Below, one piece after another: positions 49,081-58,117 of a stretch of 64,000 nt of DNA (its first letter is position 1; each line of letters opens with the position of its first letter). The stretch covers positions 1,952,001 through 2,016,000 of the forward strand of contig CBDETY010000003.1 in assembly GCA_965243025.1 (NCBI GenBank). The letters run 5' to 3'. The DNA is from Candidatus Latescibacterota bacterium. Lineage in GTDB: Bacteria > Latescibacterota > UBA2968 > UBA8231. The notes beneath the pieces were generated by a model, which saw nothing but the letters and a program-made list of their open reading frames with translations, was not told where the DNA came from and made no database searches. The position numbers and the translations under genes were made by a program.

Positions 49081-49178
49081 CGGCACGGCCTGCAAGCCCT
49101 CCCTGCGGCTGCCCGGCCTTCGCTCGGCCGTCCCTCGGATTTCGCGAAAGTCATGCCGACAAGACCGTGTACCGATAC

Positions 49179-51110
49179 CTACCCGGCCAGCTCCTCGGAC
49201 CTGGAGGCGATGCGCCCGCCGATCAGGGCCGCCGCCTCGGAGACCGCCATCGAATCGAGCTGCTCGCCGGAGCGGAGCCGGATCGATACTTCCCCGTTTT
49301 CTACCTCGCGGTCCCCGGCGATCAGCATGTAGGGGACCTTCTGCGTCTGCGCGGCGCGGATGCGGTAGCCGAGGGTGTTGTCCCCCTCGACCTCGGCGCG
49401 CACCCCGGCTGCCGCCAGGGTTGCCCCCACTCCCGCGGCGTAGTCGGCGTGGCCCTCCCCGATCGGCAGCACCACCGCCTGCACCGGGGCGAGCCAGGGC
49501 GGGAAGGCCCCGGCGTAATGCTCGATCAGGAAGCCGATGGTGCGCTCGTGGGTCCCCAGCGGGGCGCGGTGGATGCAGATCGGCGTCTCCTGGCCCCCCT
49601 CGGCGTTGGTGTAGACGAGGCCGTAGCGGGCCGGCACCGCGAAGTCGACCTGGTTGGTGGCGATCGAGAACTCGCGGCCGATGGCGCTCCAGACCTCGAC
49701 GTCGATCTTGGGGCCGTAGAAGGCCGCCTCCCCGGCGACCTCGACGTGGTTGATGCCGCCGTTGGCGAGGGCGCGGCGCACGCGCTCCTCGGTCTCGACC
49801 CAGAGCTCCGGCTCGTCGACGTACTTCTTCCCGAGGTCCTGCGATTCGTGGGTGCTGAAACGCATCACGTACTTGTCGATGCCGAACAGCTCGAAGTAGC
49901 CGAGGTACATGCGGCAGACGGCGAGGAACTCCTCCTCGAACTGGCCGAGGGTGCAGTAGATGTGGGCGTCGTTCATCTGCATCGAGCGCACCCGCATCAG
50001 CCCGAACAGCTCCCCGGACTGCTCGTAGCGGTAGCAGGTCCCGTACTCGGCGAGCCGCAGCGGCAGGTCGCGGTAGCTGCGCGGGACCGAGGCGAACACC
50101 TTGTGGTGGTGGGGGCAGTTCATCGGCTTGAGGTAGTATTTCACCCCCTCCATCTCCATCGGCGGGAACATCGACTCGGCGTAGTAGGGCAGGTGGCCGC
50201 TGCGCACGAACATCGAGTCCTTGCAGATGTGGGGGGTGCGCACCTGCAGGTACCCCGCCTCGCGCTCCGTCTCCCTGGCCAGCCGTTCCAGCTCCTCGAT
50301 CAGGACCGTCCCCTTCGGCTGCCACAGCGGCAGGCCGGGGCCGACCTCGTCGTCGAAGAAGAAGAGCTCGAGGTCCTGCCCGAGGCGGCGGTGGTCCCGC
50401 TTCTTCGCCTCCTCGAGCATGGTCAGGTGCCCGTCGAGGGCCTCGCGGGTCGCGAACGCGGTGCCGTAGATCCGCTGCAGCATCTTGTTGTTCTCGTCGC
50501 CGCGCCAGTAGGCGCCGGCCAGCGACAGCAGCTTGAAGTGCCTGGCCTGGCCGGTGCTGAGCATGTGCGGCCCGCGGCAGAGATCGGTGAAGTCGCCGTC
50601 GCGGTAGAAGGACAGCGTCTCCCCCTCCTCGAGGTCGGCGATGATCTCGAGCTTGTAGGGATCCTCCCCGACGAAGGCGACCGCCTCCTCCCGCGGCAGG
50701 GAGAAGCGCTCGAAGCGGTGGTTCTGCTTTACGATCCGCTTCATCTCCTTCTCGATGCGCTGAAGGTCGTCCGGGGTGAACGAGGCCTCGCAGTCGAAGT
50801 CGTAGTAGAAGCCGTCGGCGATGGCCGGGCCGATGGCCAGCCGCACCCCGGGGAAGAGCCGGCGCACCGCCTGCGCCATCACGTGGGCGACGCTGTGGCG
50901 GTAGATCCAGGCCGCTTCCTCCGAGTCCCAGGGAATCAGCTCGACCTCGGCGTCTTCCGGGAGCTCGGTGTGGAAGTCGATCCGCTCCTCGCCGGCGCGG
51001 GCCCCGATGTATTCCCTGAGCAGCTTCTTGTCGAGGGACAGGAGGATCTCCTTGAGGGCCCCTCCTCCCTCGTGCTCCAGCAGGTTTCCGTGTCTGTCGG
51101 TGATTTTCAT
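49179..51110 (-). CDS. thrS: Threonine--tRNA ligase
   Basis: HSVAHVMAQA, GFYYDF, DLCRGPH, RDHRRLG, KPMNCPHH, YRYEQSG and IHRAPLGTHER. Confidence 0.97.
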   Translation of the reverse strand: MKITDRHGNLLEHEGGGALKEILLSLDKKLLREYIGARAGEERIDFHTELPEDAEVELIPWDSEEAAWIYRHSVAHVMAQAVRRLFPGVRLAIGPAIADGFYYDFDCEASFTPDDLQRIEKEMKRIVKQNHRFERFSLPREEAVAFVGEDPYKLEIIADLEEGETLSFYRDGDFTDLCRGPHMLSTGQARHFKLLSLAGAYWRGDENNKMLQRIYGTAFATREALDGHLTMLEEAKKRDHRRLGQDLELFFFDDEVGPGLPLWQPKGTVLIEELERLARETEREAGYLQVRTPHICKDSMFVRSGHLPYYAESMFPPMEMEGVKYYLKPMNCPHHHKVFASVPRSYRDLPLRLAEYGTCYRYEQSGELFGLMRVRSMQMNDAHIYCTLGQFEEEFLAVCRMYLGYFELFGIDKYVMRFSTHESQDLGKKYVDEPELWVETEERVRRALANGGINHVEVAGEAAFYGPKIDVEVWSAIGREFSIATNQVDFAVPARYGLVYTNAEGGQETPICIHRAPLGTHERTIGFLIEHYAGAFPPWLAPVQAVVLPIGEGHADYAAGVGATLAAAGVRAEVEGDNTLGYRIRAAQTQKVPYMLIAGDREVENGEVSIRLRSGEQLDSMAVSEAAALIGGRIASRSEELAG

Positions 51111-51125
51111 TGCAGTTCCGCCGAT

Positions 51126-51157
51126 AAAGAAAAACCCGCCGTCGTCAGACAGCGGGT
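51126..51157 (-). terminator. Intrinsic terminator in the thrS leader (attenuator candidate)
   Basis: ACCCGCTGTC-TGAC-GACGGCGGGT-TTTTCTTT, ending ~16 nt before the thrS ATG. Confidence 0.75.
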
Positions 51158-51417
51158 GTGTTTTCAGGTTCGAACTCCACCGCGGCGCGATTCCGGCGCC
51201 GCCCGAACGGCCTCCGCGGCCGCCCTCCACGACATCTAAACGATCTGAACGGCAATCTCCGCAGCGCCCGGCGTTCCGGGCGCGGCCGGGCCCGGCCCCG
51301 CGGTGGAAGGGGTGGATGCCGGCGTTCGCGGTTCAGGCCTCGGGACCCGCGAACCATATGCTGCAACCGATTTCGACATCCGCTTCGTCTTTCGTTTTCG
51401 GTGGTCAGAACCAACCC

Positions 51418-51446
51418 AACCTACCGGCAGCCCCATGCATTGTCAA
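51418..51446 (-). promoter_or_regulatory. Sigma70 promoter for thrS
   Basis: TTGACA, 17 nt, TAGGTT on the minus strand. Confidence 0.6.
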
Positions 51447-51481
51447 ACCGTGCCGGGGGCTGCCCGAACCGTCGGTACCCC

Positions 51482-53278
51482 CTACCAGCCGAAGGCGTAG
51501 CCGATGCTTCCCTTGGCCGAAGCGGCCCCTGAAATCACCCCGGATTCACCGTCGCGGCGGATCGCCAGAACCTTGCCGTTCGACCAGCCGTCACGCGGCG
51601 ACACCCGGTGCCCGCGCCGCTCCAGCTCTTCCAGCACCGCGGCCGGAATCCGGTCCTCGGCGGCAACTTCCCCCGGAAACGCAGCGCGCGGGTAAAACGA
51701 GGAGGGGAAGTGCAGCGAGTGCACGCTCGGGGCGTCGATGGCCTCCTGCAGGTTCATCCCGAAGTCGACGTGGTTGAGGAAGAACTGCAGGGTCCACTGG
51801 TCCTGCGAGTCGCCGCCAGGGGTGCCGAAGACCATGAGGGGATCGCCGTCCCGCATCACCAGGGTCGGGGTCAGGGTGGCGCGCGGCCGCTTGTGTCCCG
51901 CCAGGGCGTTGGGGCGCTCCGGGTTGAGGTAGAACATCTGGCCGCGGGTGCCCAGCGGAAATCCCAGCCCCTCGATCACCGGCGAGGTCCCCAGCCAGCC
52001 GCCGCTCGGAGTCGCCGCCACCATGTTCCCCTCGGCGTCGACGGCGTCGAGGTGGGTGGTGTCCCCGAGGTGGGCGTGGCCCAGCCCGAGGTCCTTGACC
52101 TCGCGCGCGGCCACCTCGAGAGCGCGGCGATTGTCCTCTGCCACGTCGCCCAGCGCGTATTCCGGGACCCCGCCTCCGGCCTCTCCGGGCCGCATCTCAA
52201 GGGACGCGGCCTCCCCGATCAGCTCCCGGCGCTGCGCCGCGTACTCCTTCGACAGCAGGGTGTCGAACGGAACGTCATCATGCAGCGGGTCGCCGTACCA
52301 GGCTTCGCGGTCGGCGAACGCGAGCTTCGAACACTCGATCACCGCGTGCAGGTAGTCGGCGGAGTTGTGCTCCATCCCGGCCAGGTCGAACCCCTCGAGC
52401 AGGGTGAGCTGCTGCAGGAAGACCGGCCCCTGCGTCCAGGAGGAGCACTTGTGGACCTCGAGGCCGCGGTAGTCGACGCCGACCGGCTCGTCGAGGCGCG
52501 GCTCCCAGGCCGCCATGTCGTCGAGGGTCAGGAGCCCGGCGTGCTCGCTGCCGCTGGCGTCGGCGACCGGGTCCTGAATGAAGGAGACGATGGTCTCGGC
52601 GATCTCGCCGCGGTAGAACACGCCGGCCGCGGCCTCGATGCCGGCCACCCGGCCCCTGGCGCTCCCCTCCCGGTCGGCGCGGCTCATCTTCTTGAGGGCC
52701 TCGGCCCAGTCCGGGTTGCGCAGCAGCTGACCCGCTTCAGGCGGCGACCCTCCCGGCAGGTAGACCCGGCCCGTGGTCGGGTACTGGTCCCGGTACTTGG
52801 GGGCGTTGTTGCGCAGCGACGCGGCCAACTCCGGGTACACGGGGAAGCCGTTCTCCGCCAGGTCGATGGCCGGCGCGAGGACCTGCGCGAACCCGAGCCT
52901 GCCGAAGCGGGCCACGGCCAGCGCCCAGGAGCCGACCACCGCGGGCACGCAGGCCGGCAGGTACCCGTCCCCGGGCACCAGGTCGATGCCGTGCTCGCGG
53001 CACCATTCGACGGTGAACGCCCGCGGCGACCAGCCCATGCCGCTGAGCTCGAACATCCGCTTCTCCTCCGCCGAGTAGATCAGCGTCGGCACCTCGCCGC
53101 CGATGCCGTTGCTCTGCGGCTCGAGCAGGTTGAGGCAGAAGCACATCGCCGCGGCCGCGTCGACGGCGTTCCCCCCCTGCTCCATGATGCGGAACCCCGC
53201 GGCGGTGGCGAGGTAGTGGCCCGAGGTGACCACCCCCCTTCTTCCCATCACTACCGGACGCGTGGTGAATCCTGCCAT
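51482..53278 (-). CDS. ggt: Gamma-glutamyltransferase family protein
   Basis: GGNAVDAA, LAFADR, DTTHL (catalytic Thr), LGTRG and GTPGGD. Confidence 0.92.
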   Translation of the reverse strand: MAGFTTRPVVMGRRGVVTSGHYLATAAGFRIMEQGGNAVDAAAAMCFCLNLLEPQSNGIGGEVPTLIYSAEEKRMFELSGMGWSPRAFTVEWCREHGIDLVPGDGYLPACVPAVVGSWALAVARFGRLGFAQVLAPAIDLAENGFPVYPELAASLRNNAPKYRDQYPTTGRVYLPGGSPPEAGQLLRNPDWAEALKKMSRADREGSARGRVAGIEAAAGVFYRGEIAETIVSFIQDPVADASGSEHAGLLTLDDMAAWEPRLDEPVGVDYRGLEVHKCSSWTQGPVFLQQLTLLEGFDLAGMEHNSADYLHAVIECSKLAFADREAWYGDPLHDDVPFDTLLSKEYAAQRRELIGEAASLEMRPGEAGGGVPEYALGDVAEDNRRALEVAAREVKDLGLGHAHLGDTTHLDAVDAEGNMVAATPSGGWLGTSPVIEGLGFPLGTRGQMFYLNPERPNALAGHKRPRATLTPTLVMRDGDPLMVFGTPGGDSQDQWTLQFFLNHVDFGMNLQEAIDAPSVHSLHFPSSFYPRAAFPGEVAAEDRIPAAVLEELERRGHRVSPRDGWSNGKVLAIRRDGESGVISGAASAKGSIGYAFGW

Positions 53279-53429
53279 CGGTCACTCTCCTGTGTTCTTT
53301 ATTGTTCGATTGGCCGGTTGATTTCAGCGCCCCGACTCAGTCGGTACCGCGCAACCGGGTGTACTGCCTTTTCCGGACAAGCCCCGGCCTGGCGTTCCAG
53401 ACAAGCAACCGGATCGTCTCCGTGTTATC

Positions 53430-53701
53430 CATCAGTTACCAGTTGCCTCGGCGTGGAGCCCTGAGTTGGAGCGCAGTCTCCCGTACCGACCCGTCCCGGA
53501 GATACTCCTCCTGCGAGACTACCATTCCTCATCATGCGCCAGATCCCGGAAGTGGGCCAGGGCCGCCCGGCGAAAAGCGGCGTCCTCGGGCTTCTCTTCA
53601 CCTCCGTACACCTCGTCGAGGTTGGCGACAATTGCTGCTGCCGATCTCTCCTGGATACAGTCTCCCTCCGCCTCCCGGGAAGAAAGTCCCCTGCGCGTCA
53701 T
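53430..53701 (-). pseudogene. Decayed type II TA remnant (MazE/ChpI-like antitoxin tail plus MVVSQ stub of a PemK/MazF toxin)
   Basis: ...IVANLDEVYG...EEW stop overlaps ATG GTA GTC TCG CAG. The toxin frame stops after ~29 codons. Confidence 0.45.
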
Positions 53702-54762
53702 TCTGTCTTCCGGATTCCTTCCTCCCGCTGAGCCAGTGGATCGACCGGTACTCCTTCCGAACGGGAACTCTCCTCCCGAGCCTGCAGACCGTCGAAGGCT
53801 CCCAGGACCCCGCGGCCGTTGCGAACCGTGTTGGTCGCCAGCTCGACCGCGGCTGCCACCGCGTCAGCGAGGCTCTCGCCGCGGCTCAGCCCGTGGACCA
53901 GGCGCCCGTTCAGGGTATCCCCCGCCCCGACCGAGTTCCTCCCTTCCACAGGCACCGCGGGCACCGTTCCCGATTCCCCGGCGCGGCTGACGAACAGCGC
54001 CCCGAGGCTCCCCCTCTTGACGACCACCCACTGCGGCCCCGCTTCCAGGGCCCCCTCGGCCAGCGCCTCCGGAGAGCCGGCCGGCAGCCAGTGGCCCAGC
54101 TCCTCTTCGGTGGCGGCGAGGCCGTCGATCAGCCCCCACAGGCCGAGCATCTGCTCCGCCGATACCCTTCCCGCGAACCAGGGGCTCGGATCGAACACCA
54201 CCCTGGCGCCGCGCGCCCTCGCACCCGAGAAAAGCTCCTTCAGACCGTCGACGTCCCCGCCCTCGACCCCTCCGTACCCCGACGCCAGCAGCCAGTCCGG
54301 CGTTTCGCCGGCGGAAAGCAGCCACTCGACCTTCTCCCCCGGGAAATAGGCGGAGCGCCTGCGGCCGGCCGCGTCGAGCTGCACGACGTGGACCGCGGTA
54401 GCTTTCGGGGGCGGGTCCGCGGTGACGAGGCTTACCCCTGCCCCGGTGAGCCAGGAAGCCGCCAGGGAGCCGGGCCCGTCGGCGCCGATGTTGCTGTTGA
54501 GGCTGACGCTGTTTCCGAGGCGCCCGAGGACCCAGGCAGGGGCGGCGCCGCAGCCTCCGAGGGTGATTTCGATCGGATCGTCGAGCAGCAGGGTGTTGGC
54601 CCCCCAGGTGTCGCCGGTTTCCTGCGGCAGGCCCGCCGGGGTGCGTACCAGCACGTCGAGGGCGCTGTTGCCGACGACGTGAACACTTGCCCGCGGCCGC
54701 TCCTCCGCCCCGGGCGTCGACCGCTCAGCCACCCCCCTCGCCCCGGGCACCGGGGAATTCAA
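53698..54762 (-). CDS. PfkB-family carbohydrate kinase
   Basis: GG...A, VFDP, VVKRGSLGA and SVGAGD anion hole. Confidence 0.88.
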   Translation of the reverse strand: MNSPVPGARGVAERSTPGAEERPRASVHVVGNSALDVLVRTPAGLPQETGDTWGANTLLLDDPIEITLGGCGAAPAWVLGRLGNSVSLNSNIGADGPGSLAASWLTGAGVSLVTADPPPKATAVHVVQLDAAGRRRSAYFPGEKVEWLLSAGETPDWLLASGYGGVEGGDVDGLKELFSGARARGARVVFDPSPWFAGRVSAEQMLGLWGLIDGLAATEEELGHWLPAGSPEALAEGALEAGPQWVVVKRGSLGALFVSRAGESGTVPAVPVEGRNSVGAGDTLNGRLVHGLSRGESLADAVAAAVELATNTVRNGRGVLGAFDGLQAREESSRSEGVPVDPLAQREEGIRKTE

Positions 54763-55249
54763 GCTCCTCCTGCAGGCGGGACCCGGCAGGAGCCTCGCTG
54801 GCCGTCACCCGGTCCCCGACCCGGATCAGCCCCCCTTCGACCACCTGGCCGAAGACGCCGCCCCGCATCTGCACGGAGAGCATCTTCCGCAGTCCGGCGC
54901 GGGCCTCGTTCATGCGCTCGCACGGGACGGTCTCCCCCAGGATCAGCAGCTCCACCCCGCCGACGCGGAGCCGCCGTCCGAGAGTGCCGGCGAGATCCCC
55001 GCCGATCAGCAGGTTGGCGCGCCGGGTCTCCGGCGGCAACTGCCCGCCGAAAGGGGCGGCCGCCGCCTTCCAGGACTGCTCCGACAGCAGCGTCACCTCG
55101 CGATGGGGTTTGCGCGGGTGGTCGCCTGCCAATCCCTGGCCTGCCACGGCCTCGACTTCGGACAGCGGGGTGGCCGGCGCCCGCTGTTCCGGAAAGACGA
55201 AGATCGCCAGCACCTCCCCCACGAACTCTTCGCAACGCTCATCAGACAT
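54725..55249 (-). CDS. MOSC domain protein
   Basis: GLAGD, REVTLL, RRANLL, PCERM and RGGVFGQVVEGGLIRVGD. Confidence 0.88.
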   Translation of the reverse strand: MSDERCEEFVGEVLAIFVFPEQRAPATPLSEVEAVAGQGLAGDHPRKPHREVTLLSEQSWKAAAAPFGGQLPPETRRANLLIGGDLAGTLGRRLRVGGVELLILGETVPCERMNEARAGLRKMLSVQMRGGVFGQVVEGGLIRVGDRVTASEAPAGSRLQEELEFPGARGEGGG

Positions 55250-55261
55250 CCGGGCGGTCTC

Positions 55262-56899
55262 CTATTTCTCCGGGCACTCCAGCTCGCGGCTCAGGAGGCG
55301 GGCGTTGATGCTGTAGTCGACCGGGATCTCGACGACGTGGACCCCGGGGTGGTAGAGACAGTGGCGCAGCACCGGCTCCAGCTCCTGCGTGTTCCGGATG
55401 CGGTGGCCGTGCGCCCCGTAGCTCTCGGCGTAGCGGACGAAATCCGGGTTGCCGTAGTCGAGCCCGAAATCCGGCAGCCCCATGTCCTGCTGCTTCCACT
55501 TGATCATGCCGTAGCCGTCGTCCTTGAGGACGAGGACGACGAGGTTCAGGCCGATCCGGACCGCGGTCTCGAGCTCCTGGGAGTTCATCATGAAGCCGCC
55601 GTCGCCGCAGACCGCCATCACCTTCTCGTCGGGGTCGCAGATCTTGGCCGCCATCGCCGAGGGCAGGCCGGCCCCCATGGTCGCCAGCGAGTTGTCGAGG
55701 AGCACGGTGTTGGGGGCGTGCGCCTGGTAGTTGAGGGCGAACCAGATCTTGTACACGCCGTTGTCGAGGGCGAGGATGCCGGTGTCCGGCATCACCGCGC
55801 GCACCGCCGAGACCAGGCGCGGCGGCAGCACCGGGAAGGAGTCGTCGTCCTCCCCATCCCGCAGCCGCGCCTCGGCGTACTTCTTGACCCTGGCGAAGTA
55901 GTCGAAATCCCAGGTATCCTGGCGCTCGAGCCGCTGCATGATCTGCCACAGGCTGTTGCCGATGTCCCCGATCACCTCGTGGCCGGGGAAGTAGACGGGG
56001 TCGAAGGAGGCGGAGGAAAAGTTGATGTGGATGACCTCGAAGCCTCCGTGCCGCATGAAGAACGGGGGCTTCTCGACGACGTCGTGGCCGGCGTTGATGA
56101 TCAGGTCGGCGTGCTCGATGGCGCAGTGCAGGTAGTCGTTGGCCGACAGCGCCGCGTTGCCGAGATACAGGGGATGGCGCTCGTCGACCACCCCCTTTCC
56201 CATCTGGGTGCTGAAGAACGGCATGCCGGTCTTGTCGATGAACTGCGACAGCATGCGCGAGGTGCGCTTGCGGTTGGTGCCGGCGCCGGTGACCAGCAGC
56301 GGGCGCTTCGCCGCGGCGATCATCTCGACGGCCCGGGCGACCGCCTTTTCCTCGGCGATCGGCCGCCGCGGCCGCTCCTGGGGATACAGCGGCACGTCGA
56401 CCTCCTCGTCGGCGATGTCCTCGGGCAGCTCGAGATGAACGGCGCCGGGGCGTTCTTCCTCGGCGACCCGGAAGGCCTTGCGCACCGTGGAGGGTATCAA
56501 GGGGCTGCTGACGATCTGGTGGGTGTACTTGGTAAGCGGCCGCATCATCTCGACGACGTCGACGATCTGGAACTGCCCCTGCTTGCTCGTCTTTATCGGC
56601 TTCTGGCCGGTGATCATCATCATCGGCATCGCCCCGAGCTGGGCGTAGGCCGCGGCGGTGACGAGGTTGGTCGCTCCCGGCCCCAGGGTCGACAGGCAGA
56701 CCCCGGTCTTGCCGGTCAGCCGGCCACGGGTCGCCGCCATGAAGCCGGCCCCCTGCTCGTGGCGCGTCAGGATGAGCTGGATGCTGCTCGATTTCCGCAG
56801 GGAATCGAGCAGATCGAGGTTCTCCTCACCCGGTATGCCGAACACGAACTGGACGCCCTCGGCCTCGAGGGCCTTCACGAACAGGTCCGAAGCTTTCAT
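55262..56899 (-). CDS. Acetolactate synthase large subunit / ThDP-dependent enzyme
   Basis: FGIPGEEN, TRHEQGAGFMA, TLGPGATN and GDGGFMMN. Confidence 0.92.
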   Translation of the reverse strand: MKASDLFVKALEAEGVQFVFGIPGEENLDLLDSLRKSSSIQLILTRHEQGAGFMAATRGRLTGKTGVCLSTLGPGATNLVTAAAYAQLGAMPMMMITGQKPIKTSKQGQFQIVDVVEMMRPLTKYTHQIVSSPLIPSTVRKAFRVAEEERPGAVHLELPEDIADEEVDVPLYPQERPRRPIAEEKAVARAVEMIAAAKRPLLVTGAGTNRKRTSRMLSQFIDKTGMPFFSTQMGKGVVDERHPLYLGNAALSANDYLHCAIEHADLIINAGHDVVEKPPFFMRHGGFEVIHINFSSASFDPVYFPGHEVIGDIGNSLWQIMQRLERQDTWDFDYFARVKKYAEARLRDGEDDDSFPVLPPRLVSAVRAVMPDTGILALDNGVYKIWFALNYQAHAPNTVLLDNSLATMGAGLPSAMAAKICDPDEKVMAVCGDGGFMMNSQELETAVRIGLNLVVLVLKDDGYGMIKWKQQDMGLPDFGLDYGNPDFVRYAESYGAHGHRIRNTQELEPVLRHCLYHPGVHVVEIPVDYSINARLLSRELECPEK

Positions 56900-56917
56900 C
56901 GTTTGCTGCTTTCTCCT

Positions 56918-57973
56918 TCAGGTGCCCGGCTCGAGGTCGACCCCGAGCTCGTCCGCGCAGGCGGCGATCTGCCGCCACGTCTCCTCGTCCACGGCGATCT
57001 CCTCGCCGCGGCGGCCGCTCTGCCGGCGCTCGACCTCCCCCGGGATCAGCACCTCTCCGAAGCCGGCCATCGGCGGGGCCGACTTCAGGTAGCGGACGAA
57101 GCCGTCGACTTCGGCGGCGAAATCCCCGAACGGGAGGAACTGGGCCACGTCGAGGGCGAGCAGGAAGCAGCCGTTGCCCAGCCGCGCCCGCGGGTGCCCG
57201 GTGGTGCCGGCGCCGCTGAGGGCGCCCCCGAGCAGGTCGACGATCACCCCGAGCCCGTACCCCTTGTGGCCCGCCGACCCCCCGAAGGGGAGAATGGTTC
57301 CGCGCGGCTCGGTGTAGAGGTCCGCCGGGTCGTTGGTCGGCTGTCCGTTGCGGTCGAGCATCCACCCGTCCGGGACCGGCTCGCCGCTGTTGAGCCTGAC
57401 CCGGACCTTGCCCTCGGCCACGGCGCTGGTGGTCATGTCGAGAACGATCGGGGCCTGCGCATCCCCGGTGGGGATGCCGACGGCAACGGGGTTCGTCGCC
57501 AGGCGGCCTTCGGCGCCCCCCCACGGGGCGATGATGGCCCCGCGGCCATGGGCGTTGGCCATCAGCAGGCCGATCTGCTCCTCCCGCGCCATCTCCTCGA
57601 CGTAGGCCCCGAGCCGCCCGATGTGGTAGCTGCGGCGGACGGTCACCGCCGCCAGCCCGCACTGCCGGGCTTTCGCAATGCACACCTCGGCGGCGCGGCC
57701 GGCGACGACCTGGCCGAACCCCCAGTTGCCGTCGAGGGTTGCCGAGGCCGGGGTTTCCGCCGCGGTCTCGACCGCGGCCCCGGGCACCACCTCTCCGTCC
57801 TCGATCCCCTTCAGGTACTGCGGCACCCTGATGACGCCGTGGGAATCGTGGCCGAGCCGGTTCGCCTCGACCAGGCGCCCGGCGACGGCGGCGGCCTCCG
57901 GAGCGGGGACCTGCGCGGCGAGGAACAGGTTCCGGCAGGTCTCGACAAGGCGATCGGGGTGCAGAATCGGCAT
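56918..57973 (-). CDS. Ldh_2 family oxidoreductase (malate/L-lactate dehydrogenase type 2, YbiC-like)
   Basis: GHDSHG, LDGNWGFGQ, HIGRLG, TNP, LDMTTS, HKGYGL and PGE. Confidence 0.92.
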   Translation of the reverse strand: MPILHPDRLVETCRNLFLAAQVPAPEAAAVAGRLVEANRLGHDSHGVIRVPQYLKGIEDGEVVPGAAVETAAETPASATLDGNWGFGQVVAGRAAEVCIAKARQCGLAAVTVRRSYHIGRLGAYVEEMAREEQIGLLMANAHGRGAIIAPWGGAEGRLATNPVAVGIPTGDAQAPIVLDMTTSAVAEGKVRVRLNSGEPVPDGWMLDRNGQPTNDPADLYTEPRGTILPFGGSAGHKGYGLGVIVDLLGGALSGAGTTGHPRARLGNGCFLLALDVAQFLPFGDFAAEVDGFVRYLKSAPPMAGFGEVLIPGEVERRQSGRRGEEIAVDEETWRQIAACADELGVDLEPGT

Positions 57974-58117
57974 GCGGGCGCGCTGGTGCTGGACGGACTC
58001 GGTTTCCCCGGGATTCCGAGGAGGTGTAACTGACTGTAAAAAGATTACTTAAGGAAGGTGAAACAGGGGGGCTTCCGGGTCAACCTCGGCGGCGCCTGCG
58101 ACCTGTCCGATGAGCCT

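Noticed and set aside
51111-51400. T-box riboswitch upstream of thrS
   Set aside because: The T-box bulge consensus and specifier-stem motifs were not found. Kept only as a generic attenuator candidate.
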